DNA from: Prorocentrum cordatum
Lineage: Eukaryota
DNA length: 55,255 bases
NCBI GenBank assembly: GCA_963575745.1
Contig: CAUYUJ010000173.1
Location: 62,001-117,255, forward strand
Direction: 5' to 3'
Shown here: in pieces, positions 37,676 to 49,300 of the stretch
Position numbering within the stretch: the stretch's first letter is position 1
Layout of the letters: the number at the start of each line of letters is the position of its first letter
The notes under the pieces: model-generated
What the model was told of the DNA's origin: nothing
Databases searched by the model: none
Seen by the model: the letters and a program-made list of their open reading frames with translations, nothing else
Position numbers and translations under genes: made by a program

Positions 37676-38449
37676 TGGGTGAAGATCATGATCATGAGGA
37701 CGATGACGATGGTGAGGCTGTGGCTGATGATCATGACGATGACGATAGAGAGCCATCCCAACAGGCCCTAAGAAGATCCAAGAAGCCCACGACCCAAAAC
37801 CCAGGCACGGTGGCTGGATAAGCCTAAAGCCACACAAGATCCGCCGCCCCCTGTTGGCTTGCCACAAGGGTGCCTGGCGTGCTGAATTTCAATTTTGCTT
37901 CTTTCAGAATTCCCCCTGGGGCTTCAGCACAGCGCGCCGGCCACCCGGAATTTGCCCGGGTCATGGGTTTCCCCCCCAAGACGGCTTCAAGATGGCCTCC
38001 AAGACGGCTAAGATGGCTCCAAGTTCGCCAAAGATGGTCCAAGATGGCCTCTAAGACGACCCCAGAGGGTCCAAGATCCCCCCCAAGTCCGCCCAAGAAG
38101 CCACCAAGACGGCCCAAGATGGCCTCAAGATGGCCCAAGGCGGCCCAAGAGGCCCAAGAGGCCTCCAAGGGGCCCTCCAGGAAGGCCAGAAGAAGCCAAA
38201 ATCAACGATTATCCTTACGTAAGTTTTTAAAGGATTTTGGCATTTGCTTCTTTTCGGCCTTGCGACGGTCCAAGACGGCCCAAGAGGCCCCCAAGATCGT
38301 CCCCAGAGCGCCCAAGAGGGCCCCAAGATGGCCCCGACGGCCCAAGACGGCCCCAAGAGGGCCCCGAGACGGCCCAAGAGGCCTCCAAGACGCCCCAAAT
38401 GGCCTCCAAGACAGCCCTGAAGCACCCCAAGAGGCCAAGACAGCCAAGA

Positions 38450-38840
38450 GCTCTCTCGATGCATTTTTGCATGAGTTGACTTCCGGAAACTGAGCGAATC
38501 TGAACATCGAAAAAATCGAATTTCAAGATTTTCGAAAAATCTCCATTTTTTGATTCGGTGTCGATTCTCTGCACTCTCACTAGTGAGAGAAGCTCTACGA
38601 GGTTCCCGGCGGTGACCAGGTTGACGGTTCACGCCGGCGCCAGTGCTGCGATAGTACGGCATTGGGGTATTCTCATACCTCGTAGAGCTCTTCGGCATCG
38701 ACGAGCTAGAGGAATTCCGGCGCAGGCTCGAGCTAGTTGGCCGACCCGGCCCCGACGGACAATCTGACAACTTTTGGGTGGTTTTGCGATTTTTTGATAG
38801 ATATTTTACCATTTATTCTGAGAAAGCAGATTTTTCGCAC
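38450..38840 (-). mobile_element. Two inverted partial copies of the type-B hairpin/subTIR element, separated by ~33 bp of TAC-associated repeat
   Basis: Reverse complement of the hairpin end at 38590-38641; opposite-end subTIR ACCTCGTAGAGCTC at 38677; the spacer matches 31044-31076. Confidence 0.8.
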
Positions 38841-38891
38841 CCGTAGGCATTTTGGCTCAAGCTGTTGTGGCTCAAGCTGTTGTGGCTCAGA
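38841..38891 (+). other. DinoSL + two tandem 15-nt relics at the LINE 5' end
   Basis: CCGTAGGCATTTTGGCTCAAG (20/21), CTGTTGTGGCTCAAG (12/15) and CTGTTGTGGCTCAGA (10/15). Confidence 0.9.
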
Positions 38892-38992
38892 AGCTATCAT
38901 TGCTTGTCGCCGGGGCGGTCTAGGTATATCTTTTGTCTGTCGTCGGTGCGGTCAACCACCTAATACAGCTCAGTTGTCCAAGTTTGTTCGCA

Positions 38993-40325
38993 ATGTCTGG
39001 CGCTGTTGCTGCCGCTCTCCCTGACGAGGCAACTGACCTTACCCAGAGCATTTTTGGGACGAATTCCAGTGCAGGTGTCGGGAAGGGGCCGTTGAGTCGA
39101 TTGTCAGATCGTGCCAATGCTGTGAAAGCTGCCCTTGCTCGTTCCCCTGGGGGTACGCCAGAACAGAAAAAACTTCGAACCGATGACATCATGGGCGCGT
39201 GTGAGAGTCAATCAAAGGTGGAGTTTACTCCCGCGCCCGCCTTTCCAGGCGTCGGAAGCGGGAACGTAGAGCCGAGCGCCGTTGAATTTGCAGCGGCTGC
39301 TCCCGGAGCCGGCCTATCCGAAGGCAGTTCCGGTGCATGCAACGGCCTCTTGGGTGGCGTGCATGCGGCTCCCGGGACTTGCATGGGAGGCAGTCCCGGT
39401 GGTGAGCTGAGCGCTGCTACTTTTGTGGCGGCCGCTCCCGGACCTGGCCCTGCGGGTGGCGGTTCCGGTGCGTGCAATGGCCCTTCGGGTGGCATGCATG
39501 CGGCTCCCGGTGCCTGGAACCGGCCCTCCGGGTGGCAGTTCTGGGCCGGGCGCGGGTCTCGTCCCCCCGGAAGCGGGCGCGGGTTTCGTCCCCCCGCCGG
39601 CACCAGCCGTTGTTCCTCCTCCGGCATCTGCGTCCATGGACGAGAAATTGACTTACATTATGACGAACATGAGTTTGAAGGCTGAAACGGCGACCAAGGA
39701 CGACATCAACACTTTGCACACTCGGATTTCTGCAGAGACCAAAATTGCAATTTCGGAAGCGGTCGATCCCTTGAAAGATGAGATGGAAGAGGTTCGTGGT
39801 CGGCTTAAAGTTCTTGAATCGCGTCCGTCTTCCAGCAGCAGATTCAGATGATTAATTCGATCGACCCCGCGAATCGGCAGGTGGCGTTCTCGGGCTTTTC
39901 GGCTTCGAGTTCTTTTGCAGGATCGTGTTTGTGAGATCGAGACGTACATGCTGAAGTTTGCCAGCTTACCTCAGTATTCGATTAGTCATTTCATGCAGGG
40001 GCTCCGGAACGCGCAGACTGCATCGAAGACTTCTTACATCGAGTTCTTGACTGAAGATAATCGGAAGAAGTTCTTGGACGAATCGCGGAATGTAAGTTTC
40101 GCTAGTTCGTCTGGTTCGATTCGCGTCCGGGCAGCCAAGACCAAGTTTAACAAGCATCGTGATTGGGCTCTCGGTCGAGGACGAGAGCTTCTGAAGGCAG
40201 CTGCGCCCGGACAGGCGAGGCCGACTTTAAGAACCGTTATGTGCAGATTGACGGAGCGAAAGCCTTTGAGCAGTCCAATACTGATTTTGAGGGAGCATTT
40301 TTGCATCATTCTTTGAATCTGTCCC
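38993..40325 (+). pseudogene. LINE ORF1-like (low-complexity N-terminus, coiled coil, RRM-like region), frameshifted
   Basis: MSGAVAAALP..., then heptad-like VDPLKDEMEEVRGRLKVLE, DPANRQVAFSGF and TSYIEF; lies directly upstream of the APE domain. Confidence 0.65.
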
Positions 40326-40755
40326 TGAAATAGGGGTGTCGGGGGACTGCTTACTTGTTTCACTATCCTCTCCTCTCCTCTACCCACGCCCTTCGATATG
40401 CGGATTGTGAGCGGTCCCCGGGTATTGCAGTATCTTCTCGTCTCCTCCGGCGTGGTCCAAGATCCGCTGGTTTGCTTCAAAAGCGTCGGAATCGATTCCT
40501 TTCTGCCGTGGAATATCGACCCTCCAGTTGCAAGCCAGATACTCTTTCGAGTTGGATAACAGGCAGTTCTCCTCCTCGTCCTTCTGCCTCGTCCTCTGTC
40601 CTGCCTCCTTCTGTTTCTCTCTTTCTCGCATCGATTTCTCGCAGCGTTTATTGACGAGCTATTTCGCTCGAAATTCAGAGTCTTCTTCACACAATTTGCC
40701 TCGAGACGGGGATCCGCGAAAATCCGGATCCGATCCGTCTCTTGTTTCACAAAGC

Positions 40756-43310
40756 CTCACCATACTTCATGTCAATATCAATAGTTTCTTAGTGCGTACG
40801 GCAGAGCCGGAAGGTCGTCTTGCGTTGTTGCCGTTTCTTCCTGCCGCTCTCGTTTTGGATGAGACGAAACTAGACAGCGCTTGCAGCATTCCATCGCTTT
40901 TGCATTACACAGTTTTGGAGCGCCGTGATCGTAACAGGAATGGTGGCGGTGTTCTTGTTTTTGTGCAAGATTGTTTAACCAGTCTATCCTCTCCTCTATC
41001 TCGCTCTTCTTCTGCTGAGATCATCTGGTTCTTATACCATTCGCTTCTAGGTCCAGTCTTGCTTGCTTGTTGGTATCGTCCACCCCACTACGGCGAAATC
41101 GCAAGCATCAATGCGTTCAGTGCTGAATGGGCGGCGCATTCGAATCTCGCGGTAGGCACGGTCGTGGTAGGAGATCTGAACATACATCACACTGGATGGT
41201 TGCGTTTTTCCAGGGGAGTTACTCCGGAGGGTACGGCGATGCAGCATTGGTGCACGATGCACGGTTTCATAGAGAAGGTTCGGCAGCCCACTCGAGGCCC
41301 GAATTTATTGGATTTAGTTCTCACCGACCTTCCAGATCGAGTCTCTACTACACTCTTGCCAGAGCTTGCCGGCCATCGTCTTGTTCTTGTCCCTCCCGCC
41401 TCTCTCGATTTCTTCTGACTCCCGTCCGGTTTGGAAGTATAGGGAAGCGGCTATGCGTTGTGATTTTCACAATACTGATTGGGGTTTATTCCGGCATCTT
41501 CGCCTGACGCGGCAGCACGCGCTGTCACGGAAAAGGTTTTCAATGCCATGCAGCTTCACATATCGCAGTCGTCAATCCGTATGAATTCTTCCCATCCTTG
41601 GCTTATCTCTGCGTATCTGGACAGCGTCCGGGCAAAACGCGATACTGCTGGCACGCCAGATTTTCCATTGGCGGTGCGAGCTTGTAGTCGGCATCTTCTT
41701 TCTGCAGATCGTGCCTTCATCGATCGTACTCGCAACAAACTGGGCGCCGGCGGTAAACCGTCAACCTTTCTTACCGCCGGGGGACTCGTAGAGCTTCCTG
41801 ACAGTATATACTGTGGGAGAAAACTCCAAAGAACGACTACTTTTTAAGCCCAAGCGATTTCAGAGCTCTCAAGATAACGCTATCAAAAAAACGAACAGTT
41901 TCGCAACCCAGTTCGAGTATCAAACCGAGGTCAGACCTCTGAATGCGACAGGCGGGCGCGTCTGATGTCTGCGAATCCACTCATCTGATTCCCAGCCCTG
42001 AAGCCACCCTACAGCCCAAGTTAAATGCAGAAAATCGACAGTATCGACTCGAATAATATAATAGCTTTGCGAACCTAGTTCGAGCAGCAGACCGAGTTCC
42101 GAGCTCTGGAATCGACCGGAAGACGCGCCTGATGTGTGAAAATCGATATATGTGACCCGCAGCACTGTAGCCCTCCCCCAGCACGACATGGGTGCAGAAA
42201 ATTGAGAGCACGTCTCAAGATCATTCGGACAATACGAATAGTTTCGCGAACCTAGCTCGCGCAGCAGGCCGAGTTCAGAGCTCTTGATTCAAGACGAACG
42301 CGACTGATGATTGCCCATCGATGTCTCTCACAATGAGCCCTGTAGCTGCCCTAGAGCTCGAGTTAAGTACAGAAAAACGAGAGCGTCTATCAAGATGACT
42401 CGAATAATACGAATAGGTTTGCGGGCCTAGCTCGGCTAGCAGACCGAGTTCAGACCTCTGGATTCGCCAGGCGAACGTGCGTGATAATTCTGAATGCGAT
42501 AGGTGTGCTTGCCAGCTCTCTAGCTGCCCTACAGCTCGAGTTGAGTGCGGAAAACCGAGAGCGTCCATCAAGATGACTCGAATAATACGAATAGGTTTGC
42601 GGACCTAGCTCGGCTAGCAGACCGAGTTCAGACCTCTGGATTCGACAGGCGAACGCGCATGATAATTCTGAACGCAATAGCTGTGCTTACCAGCTTTGTA
42701 GCTGCTCTACAGCTCGAGTTAAGTAAAAAATACCGACAGCGCATATCAAGATGACTCGAAACGGCCGTTCCCGCCGGGACGCTTTTTGGCCTTCAAAATT
42801 ACCCGATCGAGCTGAGATCAAGATGGCGAGCGGGAATAAGATCGAATAGCATGGAAAAAAATACTAGAGCTCTAACGAATGGTCAAATTTCGAGAACGAA
42901 ATTTCCAACCGACCAAAAGTCACCAAAAGGTCCGTCGAGATTTTTCGTGCCAACTAGCTCTCCAGCGCTCCGGAATTACTCTTAAGCTTCCAGCAATAAC
43001 TTGCTAAGGGAAGCTCTACGAGTTACTGCAGCAGCTGAAGGCAGGATCGAAAGGCTGGGGGCAGCTTTCTAGACAGTTGCTATCGAAAATCAGTAAGTCT
43101 TCTTCCCCTCCTCTCCGCTCCTCTTCAGGATCTTGGATCGTGGAACCGGCCGGAAAGGCAAACCAATTTGCGCAGAGCTTTCGTTCGAAATGGCACGTTC
43201 CTACATTAGAGACGAATTCGTTTTCTCCTCTTCTCTCTCCGCCTCCGTCTTCCTCGTTTCTTCCTCTTCCCCCTCCCCGCCTCCGTGTCGCACGCAGGAT
43301 TTTCCCGGAT
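40756..43310 (+). pseudogene. LINE ORF2: APE endonuclease and linker
   Basis: LHVNINS, LDETKL, RRDR..GGGV, YRPP, VGDLN and PTRGPNLLDLVLTD; after the insertion it continues LQQLKAGSKGW...KANQFAQSF. Confidence 0.9.
41742..43027. mobile_element. Complete non-autonomous type-A element (1286 bp): terminal hairpin, asymmetric subTIRs, internal ~178-bp tandem repeats
   Basis: Clean insertion in LINE ORF2. Hairpin arms at 41747-41756 and 41771-41780; subTIRs ACTCGTAGAGCTTCC (41784-41798) and GGAAGCTCTACGAGT (43009-43023). Confidence 0.88.
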
Positions 43311-43339
43311 AGCTCCTTGAGAGCAGAGGGTTTCAGACT

Positions 43340-46300
43340 GGCGCCGGCGGTGAACCGTCAACCTGGTCACCGCCGGGAACCTCGTAGAGCTCCTAACACG
43401 CGTAAGAGCGCTCACTACCAAAAGAGAGGGCTTCTGGAAGAATTTCTCGGAAATGATAAAACATGATTTTTTTCATGTTGAGATAGAGTTGGTTTCGCCA
43501 AGTGTTTCGATAGTAAAAGTGCATGTACAGGGCTCATACTAAGATGCTGAGACCCTCATAATTGTCTACAGGTGCAAAAAATCTGCTTTCTCAAAATAAA
43601 TGGTCAAATATCTTTCAAAAAATTGCAAAACTGGGCGCCGGCGGTAAACCGTCAACCTTTCTTACCGCCGGGGGACTCGTAGAGCTTCCTGACAATATAT
43701 AATGTGGAAAAGAATTTCAGAGAACGACTAGTTTTTCAGCCCAAGCGATTATAGACCTCTGAAGATGACTCTAACAAAACAAACGAACAGTTTTCCAATC
43801 GAGCTCGAGTATGAAACCGAGTTCAGACCTCTGAATGCGACAGGCGGACGCGTCTGATGTCTGCGGATCGATTCCTGCGATTAGGAGCTCTGCAGCCCCC
43901 CATACAGACTGAGTTAAGTGCAGAAAACCGAGAGTACCTCTCAGGATGACTCGAATAATACAAGAGTTTCGCTCGAGCAGCAGACCGAGTTCCGAGCTCT
44001 CGGTTCGACGAACGGACGCGCCTGATGTCTCGAAATCGATTCCTGTGGCCAGCAGCACTGTAGCCCCCTCCAGCACGATTCAAGTACACAAAACCGAGAG
44101 CACTTCTCAAGATGACTCGAACAATACCGATAGGTTCGCGAACCTAGCTCGGGGAGCAGGCCGAATTCAGAGCTCTTGATTCTGAATGCATTAGATCGAG
44201 TTCAGTACGAAAAACCGAGAGCGTCTGCTACAATGACTCGAATGATACGGATAGGTTTGCGACCCTAGCTCGGCTAGCAGACCGAGTTCAGACCTCTGGA
44301 TTCAACATGCGAACGCGCCTGATCATTCTGAATGCATTAGCTGTGCTGACCAGCTCTTTAGATGTCCTGAAGCTCGAGTTATCTTGAGAAAACCGACAGC
44401 GCGTATCAAGATGACTCGAAACGGCCGTTCCTGCCTGCCTGCTTTTTGGCCTTCAAAGTCACCCGATCGAGCTGAGATCAAGATGGCGAGCGGGAATAAG
44501 ATCGAATATCATGGAAAAAAATACTAGAGCTCTAACGAATGGTCAAATTTCGAGAACGAAATTTCCAACCGACCAAAAGTGAGCAAAAGGTCCGTCGAGA
44601 TTGTTCTTGCCAACTAGCTCTCCAGCTCCCCAGAATTACTCTTAAGCTTCCAGCAATGGCGCCGGCGGTGAACCGTCAATCTGGTCACCGCCGGGAACCT
44701 CGTAGAGCTTCTCTCACTGGTTAGAGTGCAGAGAATCGACACTGAATCAAGAAAATCAGATTTATCGAAAATCTTTAAATTCGATTTTTTCGATGTTCAT
44801 ATTCGCGTAGTTCCTGGAAGTCAACTCATGCAAAAATGCATCCATAGAGCTCAGCTGCTGTTAGAGAGGAGTTATATGCCAATACTCGGCGTAAAAATCT
44901 GCTTTCTCAAAATAAATGGCCAAATATCTTTCAAATTTTCGCAATACCCCAAAAGTTATCACATTGTCCGCCTCGGTCGGCTGAGCCAACTAGCTCCACC
45001 CCGCGCCGGAATTCCTCTAGCTCATCGATGCCGAAGAGCTCTACGAGGTACAACTTGCTAAGGGAAGCTCTACGAGTTACTACCCAAAAGTTGTCACATT
45101 GTCCGTTCTGGTCGGGTCGACCGACTGGCGCCGGCGGTGAACGGTCAACCTGGTCACCGCCAGGAACCTCGTAGAGCTCCTCTCACGAGTGCAGAGAATC
45201 GACACAGAATCAAAAAATTGAGATTTTTCGATAATCTTGAAATTCGATTTTTTCGATGTTAATATTCGCTCAGTTCCCGGAAGTCAGCTCATGCAAAAAT
45301 GCATCGAAAGAGCTGAGCTGCTGTCAGAGAGGAGTTCATATGCCAATGCTCGGCGTAAAAATCTGCTTTTTCAAAATAAATGGTCAAATATCTTTCAAAT
45401 ATTCGGAAAACCATCCAAAAGTTGTCACATTGTCCTTTCTGGCCGGGTCGGCCAACTGGGCGCCGGCGGTAAACCGTCAACCTTGGTTACCGCCGGGGAC
45501 TCGTAGAGCTTCCTACCTTGACGTTAGTTGAGAAAACCGCGCATCCAACATTCCGACTTATAGTGAATATTTCTTGACCTCTGAATGCGACAGGCGGACG
45601 CGTCTGATGTCTGCGACTCGACTTCTGTCATTACCAGCCCTGTCGCCCTACAGGACCGAGGTAGGTGCAGAAAACCGACAGCACTTTTGAGAATGACTCG
45701 AACAATATAGAAGTTGTGCCGATCTAATTTGGGCAGCAGACCGAGTTCCGAGCTCTGGATCCAACAGGCGGACGAACGCCCCTGATGATTCTGAGTGCGA
45801 TAGATGTGCTTAACAGCACTGTAGCTGCCCTGCATCTCGAATTAAGTAATACCCACCACGCGTATCAAGTTGACTCGAATAATACGAATAGGTTTGCGCA
45901 CGTAGCTCGGCTAGCAGACCGAGTTCAGACCTATGGATTCGCCAGGCGCACGCGCCTGATGATTCTGAGTGCGATAGGTGTGCTTATCAGCTCAGAAGCT
46001 GCCCTGCAGCTCGAATTAAGTACAAAATACCGACAACGCGTATCAAGTTGACTCGAATAATACGAATGATTTGCGGACCTAGCTCGGCTAGCAGACCGAG
46101 TTCAGACCTCTGGATTCAACAGGCGAACGCGCCTGATGATTCTGAGTGCGATAGGTGTGCTTACCAGCACTGTAGCTGCCCTACAGCTCGAGTTAAAGAG
46201 AAAATACCGACAACGCGTATCAAGTTGACTCGAAAATTACGAACAGGTTTGCGGACCTAGCTCGGCTAGCAGACCGAGTTCAGACCTATGGATTCAACAG

Positions 46301-49300
46301 GCGAACGCGCCTAACGATTCTGAGTGCAATAGCTGTGCTTACCAGCTCTGTAGCTGTTCTACAGCTCGAGTTAAGTACAAAATACCGACCGCGCATATCA
46401 AGATGACTCGAAACGGCCGATCCCGCCAGTGTGCTTTTTGGCCTTCAAAGTTACCCGATCGAGCTGAGATCAAGATGGCGAGCGGGAATAAGATCGAATA
46501 TCACGGGAAAAAATACTAGAGCTCTAACGAATGGTCAAATTTCGAGAACATAATTTTCAACCGACCAAAAGTCGTGAAAAGTTCAGTTCTTTTTTTTCGA
46601 GCCAACTAGCTCTCCAGCGCGCCAGAATTACTGGCGCCGGCGGTGAACCGTCAACCTGGTCACCGCCGGGAACCTCGTAGAGCTCATTTCATGCGTAAGA
46701 GTGCTCGGAGACGAAAGAGAGAGCTTCCAGAAGCATTTCTCGAAAAAGAGAAAAATTGATTTTTTTCGTGTCGACATAAAGATGGTTCCGCCAAGTGTTT
46801 TGATAGTAAAAGTGCGCCTACAGAGCTCATACTAAGACAGAGAGGCCCTCATAGTCGTTTACAGGTGCGAAAAATCTGCTTTCTCGAAATGAATTGTCAA
46901 ATATCTTTCAAAAACTGGGCGCCGGCGGTAAACCGTCAACCTTTCTTACCGCCGGGGGACTCGTAGAGCTTCCTGACAGTATATAGAGTGGGAGAGAACG
47001 ACTAGTTTCCATGACTCTAACAAAAAAACAAACGGTTTCGCAATCCAGTTCGAGTATCAGACCGAGTTCAGACCTCGCAATGCGACAGGCGGACGCGTCT
47101 GATGTCTGCGAATCGACTCATGTGATTACCAGCCCTGCAGCCCCCCGACAGCCCGAGTTAAGTGCAGAAAACCGAGAGCATCTCTCAGAATGACTCGAAT
47201 AATACAATAGTTTCGCGAATCTGTTTCGAGCAGCAAATCAAGTTCTGAGCTTTCGAATCGTCCAACGAACGCGTCTGATGTGTGCAAATCGATTTCTATG
47301 ACCCGCAGCACTGTAGCCCTCCCCCAGCACGAGTTGAGTGCAGAAAATTGAGAGCACGTTGCACGATGATTCGGAGAATACGAATAGTTTCGCGAAGCTA
47401 GCTCGGGCAGCAGGCCGAGTTCAGAGCTCTCGATACAACAGACAAACGCGCCCGATGATTCCCAATCGATTTATGTGACTATAGGCTCTGTAACTGCCCT
47501 AAAGCTCGAGTTAAGTACAGAAAACCGAGAGCGTTTGTCAAGATGACTCGAATAATACGAATAGGTTTGCGGACCTAGCCCAGCTAGCAGACCGAGTTTA
47601 GACCTATGGATTTAACAGGCGAACGCGCCTGACGATTCTGAGTGCGATAGGTGTGCTTACCAGCACTGTAGCTGCCCTAGACCTCGAGTTAAGCAGAAAA
47701 TACCGACAACGCGTATCAAGTTGACTCGAATAATACGAATAGGTTTGCGGACCTAGCTCGGCTAGCAGACCGAGTTCAGACCTCTGGATTCAACAGGCGA
47801 ACGCGCCTGATGATTCTGAGTGCGATAGGTGTGCTTACCAGCACTGTAGCTGCCCTACAGCTCGAGTTAAGTAGGAAATACCGACAACGCGTATCAAGTT
47901 GACTCGAATAATACGAATAGGTTTGCGGACCTAGCTCGGGTAGCAGACCGAGTTCAGACCTCTGGATTGAACAGGCGAACGCGCCTGATGATTCTGAGTG
48001 CGATAGCTGTGCTTACAGGCACTGTAGCTGCCCTACAGCTCGAGTTAAGTTCAAAATACCGACAGCCCGTAGCAAGATGACTCGAAACGGCCGTTCCCGC
48101 CACTGTGCTTTTTGGCCTTCAAAGTTACCCGATCGAGCTGAGATCAAGATGGCGAGCGGGAATAAGATCGAATATCACGGGAAAAAATACTAGAGCTCTA
48201 ACGAATTGTCAAATTTTCGAGAACAAAATTTTCAACCGAGCAAAAGTCACCAAAAGTTCCGTCGAGATTTTTCTTGCCAACTAGCTCTCCAGCGCGCCGG
48301 AACTGGCGCCGGCGGTGAACCGTCAACCTGGTCACCGCCGGGAACCTCGTAGAGCTCCTCCCACTGGTAAGATTGCTGAGAATCGACACATAGTCAAAAA
48401 ATAGAGATTTTTCGAAAATAGTAATTTTTTATTTTTTCCAATGTTCATTCGCCTGGTTCCCGGAAGTCAACTCCTGCAAAAATGCATCGGCAGAGCTCAG
48501 CTGCTGTCAGAGAGAAGTTTATATGCCAATGCGAAGCGCAAAAATCTGCTTTCGCGAAATGAATTGTCAAATATCTTTCAAAAAATTGCAAAACCACCCA
48601 AAAGTTATCACTTTGTCCTTTCTTGCCGGGTCCACCAACTGGGCGCCGGCGGTAAACCGTCAACCTTGGTTTCCGCCGGGGAACTCGAGAGCTTCCAAGG
48701 TCGACTTAAGTTGAGAAAACCGAGAGCACCTACCAACATTCTGAGTCATAGTGAGAAAATTCTATGACCCCCAGCACTCTGGCCCTCCCCCAGCACGAGT
48801 TGAGTGCAGAACACTTTCGCGATGATTCGGACAATACGAATAGTTTCGCAAACGGGCAGCAGGCCGAGTTCAGAGCTCTCGATACAACAGACAAACGCGC
48901 CCGATAATTCTCAATCGATTTCTGCGACTCTAGGCTCTGTAGCTGCCTACAGCTCGAGTTACGTACAGAAAATACCGAGAGCGTTTGTCAAGATGACTCG
49001 AATAATACGGATACATTTGCGTACCTAGCTCGGCTAGCAGACCGAGTTCAAACCTCTGGAGTCAAGAGGCGAACGCGCCTGATGATTCTGAGTGCGATGG
49101 GTATGCTTACCAGCACTGCAGCCGCCCTGCAGCTCGAGTTAAGTAGGAAATACGGACAACGCGTATCAAGTTGACTCGAATAATACGAATAGGTTTGCGG
49201 ACCTAGCTCGGCTAGCAGACCGAGTTCAGACCTATGGATTCAACAGGCGAACGCGCCTGATGATTCTCAGTGCGATAGGTGTGCTTAGCAGCACTGTAGC

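Larger units (their letters stand above)
38841..43337 (+). mobile_element. APE-type non-LTR retrotransposon (LINE), 5'-complete, truncated before RT, interrupted at 41742-43027
   Basis: SL stack at the 5' end, an ORF1-like region and an APE endonuclease; ORF2 rejoins in frame across the insertion. Confidence 0.85.

Noticed and set aside
35540..37700. TSD and poly(A) around the Cys-rich gene
   Set aside because: No clear T-run or flanking direct repeat was found; if it is a retrogene, the event is old.
38645..38676. Captured spacer between two element ends
   Set aside because: More simply explained as host TAC-associated repeat left between two insertions about 33 bp apart.
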